In this document: one piece after another, positions 8,363-16,903 of the stretch
Numbering within the stretch: the first letter of the stretch is position 1
How the letters are laid out: every line of letters starts with the position of its first letter
Origin: an uncultured Clostridia bacterium
GTDB taxonomy: Bacteria; Bacillota; Clostridia; Lachnospirales; CAG-274
Length of the DNA: 24,000 nt
NCBI GenBank assembly: GCA_947630475.1
Contig: CANRHR010000007.1
Span: 95,826 to 119,825, forward strand
Direction of reading: 5' to 3'
Notes under the pieces: generated by a model
What the model saw: only the letters and a program-made list of their open reading frames with translations
What the model was told of the DNA's origin: nothing
Database searches by the model: none
Translations under genes and position numbers: made by a program

Positions 8363-8540
8363 ATACCTCGCTTTTAGCGGGGTATTTTTGAGTGTCGAAA
8401 AAGTCTAAGCGGACTTTTTTGAGAGGGAAGTATAAAAGGTTCGTTCCGGCGGCTTTAAAAGCCTTGAAACTCGCCTTTTTCCTCGGCGAAAATGCGATCG
8501 CCTGCGGATTAAAAGTCTGCGACGCTTTAAGTTATTTGGT
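8361..8540. repeat. Family-2 structured repeat, copy 1 (terminator-like hairpin, GAGTGTCGAAAAA arm, ~105-nt core)
   Basis: Hairpin AAATACCTCGC/GCGGGGTATTT (8361-8387) with T5. Arm AGCGGGG..TTTGAGTGTCGAAAAA (8377-8402) matches 23349-23371 in the same orientation. Core 8431-8534 is the reverse complement of 23388-23494 at roughly 80% identity by eye. Confidence 0.7.
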
Positions 8541-8629
8541 TAAAATAAGGTTTATTGACAGTCTGAAACACTCCGCACTTTTAATATTTTATGTTTATTA
8601 AACGAACGTGTCGTTGATTTAAGTAGATA

Positions 8630-8658
8630 TTGTAAATTAAATGAAATTGTGTTAATAT
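8630..8658 (+). promoter_or_regulatory. Candidate sigma-A promoter for the THF riboswitch-folT transcript
   Basis: TTGTAA (8630-8635), 17-nt spacer, extended -10 TGtTAATAT (8650-8658). The predicted start falls just before the riboswitch. Confidence 0.5.
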
Positions 8659-8667
8659 ATATTTATA

Positions 8668-8766
8668 GCAGAGTAGATTTGCAGGCGTTAAGTGTTTAAC
8701 GGACGGGGAGTTGCTGTTAAAACGAAAAGATTTTGTCTTGCGGTCTGTAAATCGCATCCCGCTGTT
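8668..8766 (+). promoter_or_regulatory. THF (tetrahydrofolate, folT-motif) riboswitch
   Basis: GCAGAGTAGATTTGCAGGCGTTAAGTG...GGGGAGTTGC...AACGAA...GCGG...AATCGCATCCCGCTG matches the conserved blocks I recall from the THF-I aptamer (AGAGUAGAU, GCGUUAAGUG, GGGAUGU, ACGAAG, AUUGCAUCCGCU). It sits directly upstream of a folate-type ECF S component. Confidence 0.8.
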
Positions 8767-8829
8767 AAAAATTACAGAGGTAAAACCTCCGATTTTTTTC
8801 AGCAAAAAAATGTAAAGGAGGTTCTGCTT

Positions 8830-9402
8830 ATGTATTTTTTTAAAATGTTTCAATCTTCATTTGAGGAAATGAAGAATTTGCGCTCGGTTTCGGCAATGGG
8901 TATGCTTTTGGCAGTTAGAATTTTATTGTCAGTTTTTGTTTCTGTTCCGATAAACGAAAGTTTAAGAATAGGAACAACATTTATAGCGACAGCCGTTTTA
9001 GGTATGCTGTATGGCCCTGTGGCGGCAGCTATAGTTTCCGGCGCAGGAGATATAATTCAGTATATTTTAAAGCCTACGGGAGCGTATTTCCCCGGCTGGA
9101 CAATTTCCGCCGCTTTGGCAGGTATGATTTATGGCATCTTTCTTTACAAAAATGATTTTAAAAAGCCTATAAATTTTATATCTAAAATTATTATTATGGA
9201 AATAATTATAAATGTGCTTATAAATTCATTTTTAGGTACATATTGGCTTAAAATATCTATTGGTATACCATGGATTACTTTTTGGCCAAGGTTTATTAAA
9301 AATATTGCCCTGCTTCCTATTGAGGCCGCAGCACTATGTATTTTTATGCCTATAATTTACAATGCTTTAAACAGAGCGGGTTTTATAAAAAATAATGTGT
9401 AA
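8830..9402 (+). CDS. folT: ECF transporter S component, folate family
   Basis: Polytopic membrane protein (LRSVSAMGMLLAVRILL..., GPVAAAIVSGAGDIIQY...) resembling FolT. AAAGGAGG (8814-8821) lies 8 nt before ATG 8830. The upstream part of the ORF-track call (8692-8829) is riboswitch RNA. Confidence 0.8.
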   Translation: MYFFKMFQSSFEEMKNLRSVSAMGMLLAVRILLSVFVSVPINESLRIGTTFIATAVLGMLYGPVAAAIVSGAGDIIQYILKPTGAYFPGWTISAALAGMIYGIFLYKNDFKKPINFISKIIIMEIIINVLINSFLGTYWLKISIGIPWITFWPRFIKNIALLPIEAAALCIFMPIIYNALNRAGFIKNNV

Positions 9403-9427
9403 AAAAAGAGTTTTATGAATTTTATAA

Positions 9428-9462
9428 ATCGAAAAAGCCCAAATGGACTTTTTCGATATTTT
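9428..9462 (+). terminator. Intrinsic terminator after folT
   Basis: ATCGAAAAAG (9428-9437) pairs with CTTTTTCGAT (9448-9457), followed by ATTTT. The hairpin is about 22/30 identical to the hairpin at 8394-8423 in repeat copy 1. Confidence 0.6.
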
Positions 9463-9595
9463 GAAGGAATATGCTTTCCTCCAAATCCGACATTAGGGGG
9501 GAAAGGTATGTCGGTGGTGATGTTACATATATAATATTTGACTTATTTAAGATTTTTATACATATTATTCTATGATAATTTTTTTATAAAAGTGA

Positions 9596-9623
9596 TTGAA
9601 AAATTTTGAATTTGTGGTATTAT
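9596..9623 (+). promoter_or_regulatory. Candidate sigma-A promoter for the serS leader
   Basis: TTGAAA (9596-9601), 16-nt spacer, TGgTATTAT (9615-9623). Confidence 0.5.
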
Positions 9624-9649
9624 ATATCTATATGATTTATGCTATTATA

Positions 9650-9878
9650 CTTTTGGTATATGAAGGAAAACTAATCTGTAGAGAGTTTCCCAGAGAGCTG
9701 CTGTAATTGCTGAAAGGCGGCAGACTTAATGCAGAGTTCCACTTTCCGAGCATTTTTGGCGAAAGCCAAAAGGGTACGCCCTTTACAGCTGAAGAGAGGA
9801 CTTTATTTATAAAGTCAATCAGGGTGGCAACGCGGGAGTTATGCTCTCGTCCCTTTTGGGACGGGAGCTGTTTTATTT
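9650..9878 (+). promoter_or_regulatory. T-box leader (serine-specific, specifier UCC) with terminator
   Basis: AGAGAG Stem I element. The specifier context GAGT-TCC-A-CTTTCCGAGCA (TCC at 9738-9740) parallels the glyQS GAA-GGC-A-CUUCGAGCA layout. T-box sequence AATCAGGGTGGCAACGCGGG at 9817-9836. Terminator GCTCTCGTCCC/GGGACGGGAGC (9843-9868) with a T-rich tail to 9878. Confidence 0.9.
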
Positions 9879-9909
9879 ACCATAAAAATTTTATTAGGAG
9901 GATTTTATA

Positions 9910-11184
9910 ATGTTAGATGTTAAAAGATTGAGAACTGATTTAGATGAGGTTAAAGCAGCCCTTGCCAAAAGATGCAAGGAATATGATCTTGACAAATTCA
10001 GCGTTATTGATGAAAAAAGAAGAGCGCTTATACAGGAGGTTGAAGAGCTTAAAAACAAACAAAATACAACGACAAAGCAAATACCTATACTTAAAAAAGA
10101 AGGAAAAGATACCAGCGCTTTGATGGCTGAAATGAAATCTCTTTCGGAAAAAATTAAAGGCTTGGATTCTGAAGTTAAGGCTGTTGACGAGGAAATAAGA
10201 AGTTTTCTTTTAAGTATACCCAATACGCCTAATGCCAAGGTTCCCGAGGGCAGCGATGATTCTATGAACGAGGAAATACGCAGATGGGGAGAACCTACAA
10301 AATTTGATTTTGAGCCGAAACCCCATTGGGAAATAGGAGAAGAATACGGTATTTTGGATGCATCTACAGCAGCTAAAATCGCCGGAACAAGATTTATGAT
10401 TTACAAAGGCCTTGGCGCAAGGCTTGAAAGAGCAATAGTTAATTTTATGCTTGATACACATATAGATAAGCATGGTTATACTGAGGTTTTCCCTCCGCAG
10501 ATGGTAAACAGAGACAGTATGATAGGCACAGGTCAGCTGCCTAAGTTTGAAGAAGATGCTTTTAAAGTTGCAAATAACGGATTCTTCCTTGTGCCTACTG
10601 CAGAAGTGCCTGTTACCAATATGTACAGAGAAGAAATTTTAGACGGAAGCAGACTTACTATAAAGCACTGCGCTTATACTGCCTGCTTTAGAGCTGAGGC
10701 GGGTTCTGCAGGAAGAGATGTGAAAGGTCTTATAAGACAGCACCAGTTTAATAAGGTGGAGCTTGTTAAATTCTCTAAGCCTGAAAATTCTTATGATGAG
10801 CTTGAAAGCCTTACAAATGACGCTGAGCATATACTTCAGCTTCTTAATCTGCCTTATCGTGTGGTTAGACTTTGCGGCGGAGATCTTGGTTTTTCTTCTG
10901 CTATGACATATGATATAGAGGTGTGGATGCCAAGCTATAACCGTTATGTTGAAATTTCAAGCTGCTCAAATTTTGAAGATTATCAGGCAAGAAGAGCAAA
11001 TATTAAATATAAGGATAATCCTAAAGACAAGGCTAAGTTTGTTCATACATTAAACGGAAGCGGACTTGCGGCAGGAAGAACAACAGCAGCTATACTTGAA
11101 AACTTCCAACAGGCTGATGGAAGCATTAAAATTCCTGAGCTTCTTGTTCCTTATATGGGAGGAATTGATAAGATAAGCAAATAA
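9910..11184 (+). CDS. serS: Serine--tRNA ligase
   Basis: N-terminal coiled-coil arm, class-II motifs ([41 protein letters not shown]), 424 aa. AGGAGG at 9895-9900. Confidence 0.95.
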   Translation: MLDVKRLRTDLDEVKAALAKRCKEYDLDKFSVIDEKRRALIQEVEELKNKQNTTTKQIPILKKEGKDTSALMAEMKSLSEKIKGLDSEVKAVDEEIRSFLLSIPNTPNAKVPEGSDDSMNEEIRRWGEPTKFDFEPKPHWEIGEEYGILDASTAAKIAGTRFMIYKGLGARLERAIVNFMLDTHIDKHGYTEVFPPQMVNRDSMIGTGQLPKFEEDAFKVANNGFFLVPTAEVPVTNMYREEILDGSRLTIKHCAYTACFRAEAGSAGRDVKGLIRQHQFNKVELVKFSKPENSYDELESLTNDAEHILQLLNLPYRVVRLCGGDLGFSSAMTYDIEVWMPSYNRYVEISSCSNFEDYQARRANIKYKDNPKDKAKFVHTLNGSGLAAGRTTAAILENFQQADGSIKIPELLVPYMGGIDKISK

Positions 11185-11208
11185 TAGAAATTATTTGAAA
11201 TTTTGCAG

Positions 11209-11237
11209 AGCCTGTCCGCATTTTAGGCGGGCAGGCT
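11209..11237. terminator. GC-rich hairpin between convergent serS and yhbY
   Basis: An 11-bp stem, AGCCTGTCCGC (11209-11219) with GCGGGCAGGCT (11227-11237), including one G-T pair. There is no clear U-tract on either strand, so terminator function is uncertain. Confidence 0.45.
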
Positions 11238-11243
11238 TGTTGA

Positions 11244-11543
11244 TTATAATACAGAGTTTATATCTATAATCGGCTTCTTTTTGTTTTGCCTGAAAAGAAT
11301 AATCTTTTTGCCTATAATTTGAACTATTTCGCAATGCGCCCTTTCGCTTATGATATTTGCCACTTCTTTTATATCATAAGGACAGTTGTTTAAAACAGTG
11401 CCTTTAATCAGCTCTCTTGCCTGAAGAGCTTCGTTTATGGCTGATACTGTTTCGGGAGATGCGCCTGCTTTGCCTATTTGAAATATAGGCTCCATTTTGT
11501 TTGCCAGTGATTTTAAATATGCTCGCTGTTTGGAATTAATCAT
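11244..11543 (-). CDS. yhbY: YhbY/CRM-domain RNA-binding protein (ribosome assembly)
   Basis: 99 aa. KQRAYLKSLANKMEPIFQIGKAG...ELIKG...VQIIGKKIILFR fits the CRS1/YhbY fold family. Its position downstream of obg is typical. Confidence 0.8.
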   Translation of the reverse strand: MINSKQRAYLKSLANKMEPIFQIGKAGASPETVSAINEALQARELIKGTVLNNCPYDIKEVANIISERAHCEIVQIIGKKIILFRQNKKKPIIDINSVL

Positions 11544-11586
11544 AATATATTTCTCCTTTATTGGCTGTTTTTATAAATACAAAATA

Positions 11587-12879
<1,293 letters not shown>

Positions 12880-12920
12880 TTATTTAAAAAGGCTGATGAT
12901 ATTTTCATCAGCCTTAAAAA

Positions 12921-13220
12921 TTATTCGGCAACAGGATAAACGGAAAGTTGTTTCTTTTTATCTCCGTTTGTTCCCATTCTCTTTCTCTCGTATTTAACAC
13001 GACCATCTATCAAAGCAAAAAGAGTATCATTGCCGCCTATGCCCACGTTGTTGCCGGGATGGATTTTAGTGCCTCTTTGGGTGAAAAGTATGTTGCCCGC
13101 TTTTACAAGCTGACCGTCAGCCCTCTTCGGCCCTAATCTTTTGGATTTTGAATCTCTTCCGTTTTTTGTTGAACCTACACCTTTTTTATGAGCGAAAAAT
13201 TCTAAGTTTATTCTGATCAT
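12921..13220 (-). CDS. rpmA: 50S ribosomal protein L27 (with cleavable N-terminal extension)
   Basis: [30 protein letters not shown] is the Firmicutes L27 pro-sequence plus mature N-terminus. Start set at ATG 13220, with GGAGGTG inside the end of prp, rather than 13241. Confidence 0.93.
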   Translation of the reverse strand: MIRINLEFFAHKKGVGSTKNGRDSKSKRLGPKRADGQLVKAGNILFTQRGTKIHPGNNVGIGGNDTLFALIDGRVKYERKRMGTNGDKKKQLSVYPVAE

Positions 13221-13221
13221 T

Positions 13222-13545
13222 TTACTGCACCTCCTCGTCATAAACTCGTATTTCTTTATTGTATTCCATTTCGATGGATTTTAAACCAAGAACCAAGGAT
13301 TTTAAAAGAAGCTGGGCATCATGATTATCAATCCCTTTTTTGATTGAATCGATATTGATATATAAATAACCGCCCTCATCATTATAATCACAGTCGAAAT
13401 CAATATTACAAAGCTGTTCTATGCTGTTTGCCGTGTTAAGCACCAAAATTGAAACCGCATTGCAGACATTTGACTCGGCATGATCGGTTACTTTTATGCC
13501 ATAAACCGCTTTTGATTTGTTCCTGTAAATATATGCCTTGATCAT
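13222..13545 (-). CDS. prp: Ribosomal-processing cysteine protease Prp (YsxB family)
   Basis: 107 aa between rplU and rpmA. It carries His (VTDHAES) and Cys (NVCNAVS) in the expected catalytic positions. Confidence 0.88.
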   Translation of the reverse strand: MIKAYIYRNKSKAVYGIKVTDHAESNVCNAVSILVLNTANSIEQLCNIDFDCDYNDEGGYLYINIDSIKKGIDNHDAQLLLKSLVLGLKSIEMEYNKEIRVYDEEVQ

Positions 13546-13547
13546 AA

Positions 13548-13859
13548 TCAGAAATTAATTTTTTCTATTTTTAATTTGGTAAAAGGCTGTCTGTGACCTT
13601 TTTTCTTATGAAACCCTTTTTTCGGTTTGTACTTATATACAATTACCTTTTTGGCTTTGCCGTCGCCTATTATTGAAGCGTTAACACTTGCGCCCTCAAC
13701 AACGGGAGCGCCGAATTTTACATCGTCATCTTTGCTGACAGCCAAAACCTCGTTAAAGGTATAGCTTGAACCTGCCTCAACACCCAATTTTTCTACAGTG
13801 ATGACATCGCCTTCGGAAACCTTATATTGCTTTCCGCCTGTTTTAATAATTGCGTACAT
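13548..13859 (-). CDS. rplU: 50S ribosomal protein L21
   Basis: [18 protein letters not shown]...[12 protein letters not shown] is a canonical L21 sequence. Confidence 0.93.
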   Translation of the reverse strand: MYAIIKTGGKQYKVSEGDVITVEKLGVEAGSSYTFNEVLAVSKDDDVKFGAPVVEGASVNASIIGDGKAKKVIVYKYKPKKGFHKKKGHRQPFTKLKIEKINF

Positions 13860-13937
13860 ATATATGCACCTCCTTAACGAGAACTCGCCGAATGTGGCAG
13901 CTTAAAAAGCTTTAAAACCTCTTCGTGCGGCTAAACA
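13860..13937 (-). promoter_or_regulatory. rplU 5' leader (possible L21-leader autoregulatory RNA)
   Basis: About 78 nt of untranslated leader between the predicted start site and the rplU ATG. Firmicutes carry an L21 leader element here. I did not verify the structure. Confidence 0.35.
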
Positions 13938-13943
13938 CTGTGT

Positions 13944-13972
13944 ATTATAACAGACAAAATATATTTTGTCAA
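13944..13972 (-). promoter_or_regulatory. Consensus sigma-A promoter of the rplU-prp-rpmA operon
   Basis: The minus strand reads TTGACA (13972-13967), an exact 17-nt spacer, then TGtTATAAT (-10 at 13949-13944). Confidence 0.7.
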
Positions 13973-14022
13973 CCAATAATGAAAAATTTAGCCAAGCGTA
14001 AGGCAGGAAAAAGCTATATAAA

Positions 14023-14418
14023 CTATTGTGGCGTATAATAAGATACTATATCATTAATTAATCTTATAGTATTTTTTAATGATGTATTTATGATGTTGGC
14101 AACATCGTTTGTTATACAATCTCCGTTGAAAGTTATTTTTTTATCTTTGCCGCTGTTTTCTAAAATAAAAACTATATCATTAAGCTTTTTGTATATATCA
14201 AAATTATTTTCGCCTTCTATAAGATTTGAAATCGGTATGTTAAAATATTTTGATATTTTTTCAAGGTTATTTATTCGAGGATAAGTTTTGCAGGTTATCC
14301 AGCCTGAAAATGTTGTAGGTTTTATATTTAAATCTTTGCATATTTTTGATTGGCTTATTTTATTTTTTATAAGCAGTGATTTTAAATTATTTGAAAATAT
14401 CTCTTTACTGTTTGCCAT
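14023..14418 (-). CDS. XRE-family (Cro/CI-type) HTH repressor
   Basis: The N-terminal HTH FSNNLKSLLIKNKISQSKICKDLNIKPTTFSGWI fits HTH_XRE. It is divergent from the phage late genes. GGAGG on the minus strand at 14432-14428. Confidence 0.8.
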   Translation of the reverse strand: MANSKEIFSNNLKSLLIKNKISQSKICKDLNIKPTTFSGWITCKTYPRINNLEKISKYFNIPISNLIEGENNFDIYKKLNDIVFILENSGKDKKITFNGDCITNDVANIINTSLKNTIRLINDIVSYYTPQ

Positions 14419-14478
14419 AGATAATGCCTCCTGAAATTTTTTAAAAACATTATTGGATTTTTTTATTAAGCAATAAAA

Positions 14479-14670
14479 AGTATTGTATAAATAGTATGCT
14501 TTTACGATACAATTATACTGTTAAACCGTATTGAAATCAATATGATTTTTTTTATAAATTAAAAAAATACAATTTTACTATTGACGATTAAGCAATTTAC
14601 AAATAATATACACATATAGACATATTACAAATTTGACTTTAAGAATGTGGTTTAAATTGTTTATACTGTT
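14479..14670. promoter_or_regulatory. Genetic-switch region: divergent promoters with operator-like repeats
   Basis: The minus-strand promoter is TTGATT (14540-14535)-17-TATAAT (14517-14512). The plus-strand promoter is TTGACG (14581-14586)-17-TAATAT (14604-14609). The repeats are TACAATTATACTGTT (14508-14522, over the minus -10), TACAATTTTACTATT (14568-14582, abutting the plus -35), TTATACTGTT again at 14661-14670, and a related inverted copy at 14481-14498. Confidence 0.55.
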
Positions 14671-14697
14671 TAAATGCACAAAAATGGAGGAATTTTT

Positions 14698-15102
14698 ATG
14701 AGAAAGGAAGAAATGATTAAATACAACAAGATTAAAACAGAGCTTTTGCAAATTAAAGAAAAGCTTGATGAAATTGAAGAGTCATACACTCAAGTAAGAG
14801 CCGCTTATATAAACGGTATGCCAAAAAGCAAGACAATAAAAGACTCTATAGCTGAAGCTATAGCCAGAATTGAAAGACTCAGAGAAATATACAATAATAA
14901 AATTACCGAATTGCTGGATATGCAAATTAAGATTGAAGCAGCTATTGACAAGCTTGACGGGTATGAAAGAATATTGATGAGAAAACGTTATATAGACGGC
15001 CTTAAATGGGAAATTATTTGCGAACAAATAAATTGCTCTTGGAAAACGGCTCACCGTCTGCATAATAAAATTCTTGAAAAATTAAAAGATGACATAGAAT
15101 GA
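14698..15102 (+). CDS. Phage late-gene activator, sigma-70 region-4-like HTH (RinA/Xpf-analogous position)
   Basis: The C-terminus ERILMRKRYIDGLKWEIICEQINCSWKTAHRLHNKILEKL looks like sigma region 4 and the N-terminal half like a coiled coil. It lies immediately upstream of terS. GGAGG (14686-14690) precedes ATG 14698. Confidence 0.6.
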   Translation: MRKEEMIKYNKIKTELLQIKEKLDEIEESYTQVRAAYINGMPKSKTIKDSIAEAIARIERLREIYNNKITELLDMQIKIEAAIDKLDGYERILMRKRYIDGLKWEIICEQINCSWKTAHRLHNKILEKLKDDIE

Positions 15103-15128
15103 CACTTATTTATGTGTTATTATGTTAC

Positions 15129-15143
15129 TGTCAAAATTTGACA
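15129..15143. promoter_or_regulatory. Inverted repeat TGTCAA-aat-TTGACA upstream of terS (candidate late promoter or activator site)
   Basis: 6-bp arms with a 3-nt spacer. The overlapping 15-mer AAATTTGACATAAAG (15134-15148) matches AAATTTGACTTTAAG (14629-14643) at 13/15. No sigma-A -10 lies at the expected spacing. Confidence 0.35.
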
Positions 15144-15195
15144 TAAAGTTTTTTGCGCAGAAAACAATTGAAAATTTTTAGGGGGGAATGAAATA

Positions 15196-15618
15196 TTGAC
15201 AGATAAGCAAAAACTTTTTGCAGAGCAATATTCAATTGATTTTAATCTTATCAGAGCTTATATGGCTGCCTATCCTAACTGTAAAAACATTGACGCCGCT
15301 GTTAGAGGCGCAGAAAAAATATTGAAAAAAGATGAGGTTAAATGCTATTTAGAAAAATGCGCTAAAATGAAGCATAAAAATATTGCCGAAGAAGACGAGG
15401 TTATGGCTTATCTTACCTCCGTTATGCGGGGTGAAGAAAAGGATGAAATAGCTATAAGAACAGGAAGAGATTGTCAGGAAATAGCTCAGATCAAGCCTGA
15501 TACGAAAGACAGAATGAAAGCAGCCGAGCTATTGGCCAAAAGATATTGCTTAGGCGAGGAAAAAGATTTTATTCAGAGCGTTATTATCAGGGAGGATTTG
15601 AATGATGAGGGAAATTGA
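15196..15618 (+). CDS. Terminase small subunit
   Basis: LTDKQKLFAEQYSIDFNLIRAYMAAYPN matches the Terminase_2-type N-terminal HTH (xtmA-like). TTG start behind a G-rich SD (AGGGGGG). It overlaps terL by 17 nt. Confidence 0.8.
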   Translation: MTDKQKLFAEQYSIDFNLIRAYMAAYPNCKNIDAAVRGAEKILKKDEVKCYLEKCAKMKHKNIAEEDEVMAYLTSVMRGEEKDEIAIRTGRDCQEIAQIKPDTKDRMKAAELLAKRYCLGEEKDFIQSVIIREDLNDEGN

Positions 15619-16891
15619 AATTTCTCTTAACAGCGTTGTTGGAAAGGGATATTGGGAATTTTGGAACTATAAGGGCAGATACAGAGTGGTTAAAGGAAGC
15701 CGAGCTTCCAAAAAAAGTAAAACAGCGGCTCTTAATTTTATATTTAGAATGATGAAATATCCTATGGCTAATCTTTTGGTTGTAAGAAAAACTTACCGTA
15801 CCCTTAAGGATAGCTGCTATGCCGAGCTTAAATGGGCAATAGACAGGCTTGGCGCAAGCTCACTTTGGAAATGCCAAAGCTCACCTCTGGAGCTGACATA
15901 TCTTCCGGTTGGATCTAAAATTTATTTTAGGGGCCTCGATGATTCTATGAAAGTTACATCTATGACGGTTTCTAAGGGCTTCCTTTGTTGGCTTTGGATT
16001 GAAGAAGCGTATGAAATAAGTGATGAAAGTGATTTTGACGTCCTTCAGGAATCTATAAGGGGATATGTTTGCAACGGCCTTTTTAAGCAGATTACGCTTA
16101 CTCTTAACCCTTGGAATGAAAGGCATTGGATTAAAAAAAGATTCTTTGACAACAATTGTATTAATATCGATACGGATAACGGTAAAATTATAAACGTTTA
16201 TAATGAAGATATCCTTGCTTTGACCACAAATTATAAAATTAATGAATGGCTTGATGACGCCGATCTTCTTATGTTTGAAAAAATGAAGCAAACCAATCCG
16301 AAAAGATACAGGGTTGCCGGACTTGGAGAATGGGGCGTTTCGGAAGGCCTTATTTTTGATAATTGGACAGAAGCTCTGTTTAATGCCGATGATATTATTA
16401 AAAGAAAAAATACTGCCGCTGTTTTTGGTTTGGATTTTGGCTATACAAATGATCCGAGCGCTTTATTTTGCGCTATTGTAGATATGGATAAAAATGAAAT
16501 ATATGTCTTTGAAGAGCTTTATAAAAAAGCCCTTACAAATAAAATGCTTTATGAAGAAATTTTTAAGCTTGGTTTTTCAAAGGAAAAAATAATAGCCGAC
16601 TGCGCAGAGCCTAAAAGTATTGCAGAGCTTAGAGATTTTGGTCTTATAAGCATTAGAGCCTCCAGAAAGGGCAAAGACAGCATTAATAACGGAATCCAAA
16701 AAATTCAGGGATTTAAAATAATAATCCATCCCAAATGCGTTAATTTTATTAATGAAATAAGCAGTTATTGCTGGGAAAAGGACAGCTTTGGAAACAGTAT
16801 AAATCATCCGTGCGACAGCTGTAATCATTTGATGGACGCTATGCGTTATGCTATGCAGGATGTTGACGGCAAAGATTTTAGCTTTGATTGA
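15602..16891 (+). CDS. Terminase large subunit, PBSX family
   Basis: Walker A-like KGSRASKKSKT, Walker B-like LWIEEAYE and the nuclease-domain acidic motif GLDFGYTNDPSA. 429 aa, XtmB-like. Confidence 0.92.
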   Translation: MMREIEISLNSVVGKGYWEFWNYKGRYRVVKGSRASKKSKTAALNFIFRMMKYPMANLLVVRKTYRTLKDSCYAELKWAIDRLGASSLWKCQSSPLELTYLPVGSKIYFRGLDDSMKVTSMTVSKGFLCWLWIEEAYEISDESDFDVLQESIRGYVCNGLFKQITLTLNPWNERHWIKKRFFDNNCINIDTDNGKIINVYNEDILALTTNYKINEWLDDADLLMFEKMKQTNPKRYRVAGLGEWGVSEGLIFDNWTEALFNADDIIKRKNTAAVFGLDFGYTNDPSALFCAIVDMDKNEIYVFEELYKKALTNKMLYEEIFKLGFSKEKIIADCAEPKSIAELRDFGLISIRASRKGKDSINNGIQKIQGFKIIIHPKCVNFINEISSYCWEKDSFGNSINHPCDSCNHLMDAMRYAMQDVDGKDFSFD

Positions 16892-16903
16892 AAAGGAGGA
16901 AGT

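Noticed and set aside
8393-8399. Spo0A 0A-box TGTCGAA, also present at 23362-23368
   Set aside because: Both occurrences are part of the same repeat arm, so they are not independent. A lone 7-mer is too weak to call a Spo0A site.
8392-8601. 69-aa ORF (GTG start) between the HAD hydrolase gene and folT
   Set aside because: It lies entirely within family-2 repeat copy 1. In copy 2 the equivalent frames are broken by stops and indels, while base-pairing is conserved. No SD is present. It is treated as noncoding.
8581-8853. 90-aa minus-strand ORF
   Set aside because: It is antisense to the folT promoter, THF riboswitch and SD. It is an AT-rich chance ORF without an SD.
9707-9910. 67-aa ORF upstream of serS
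   Set aside because: It coincides with the T-box leader (specifier loop, T-box sequence, terminator). It has no SD and runs through the terminator hairpin.
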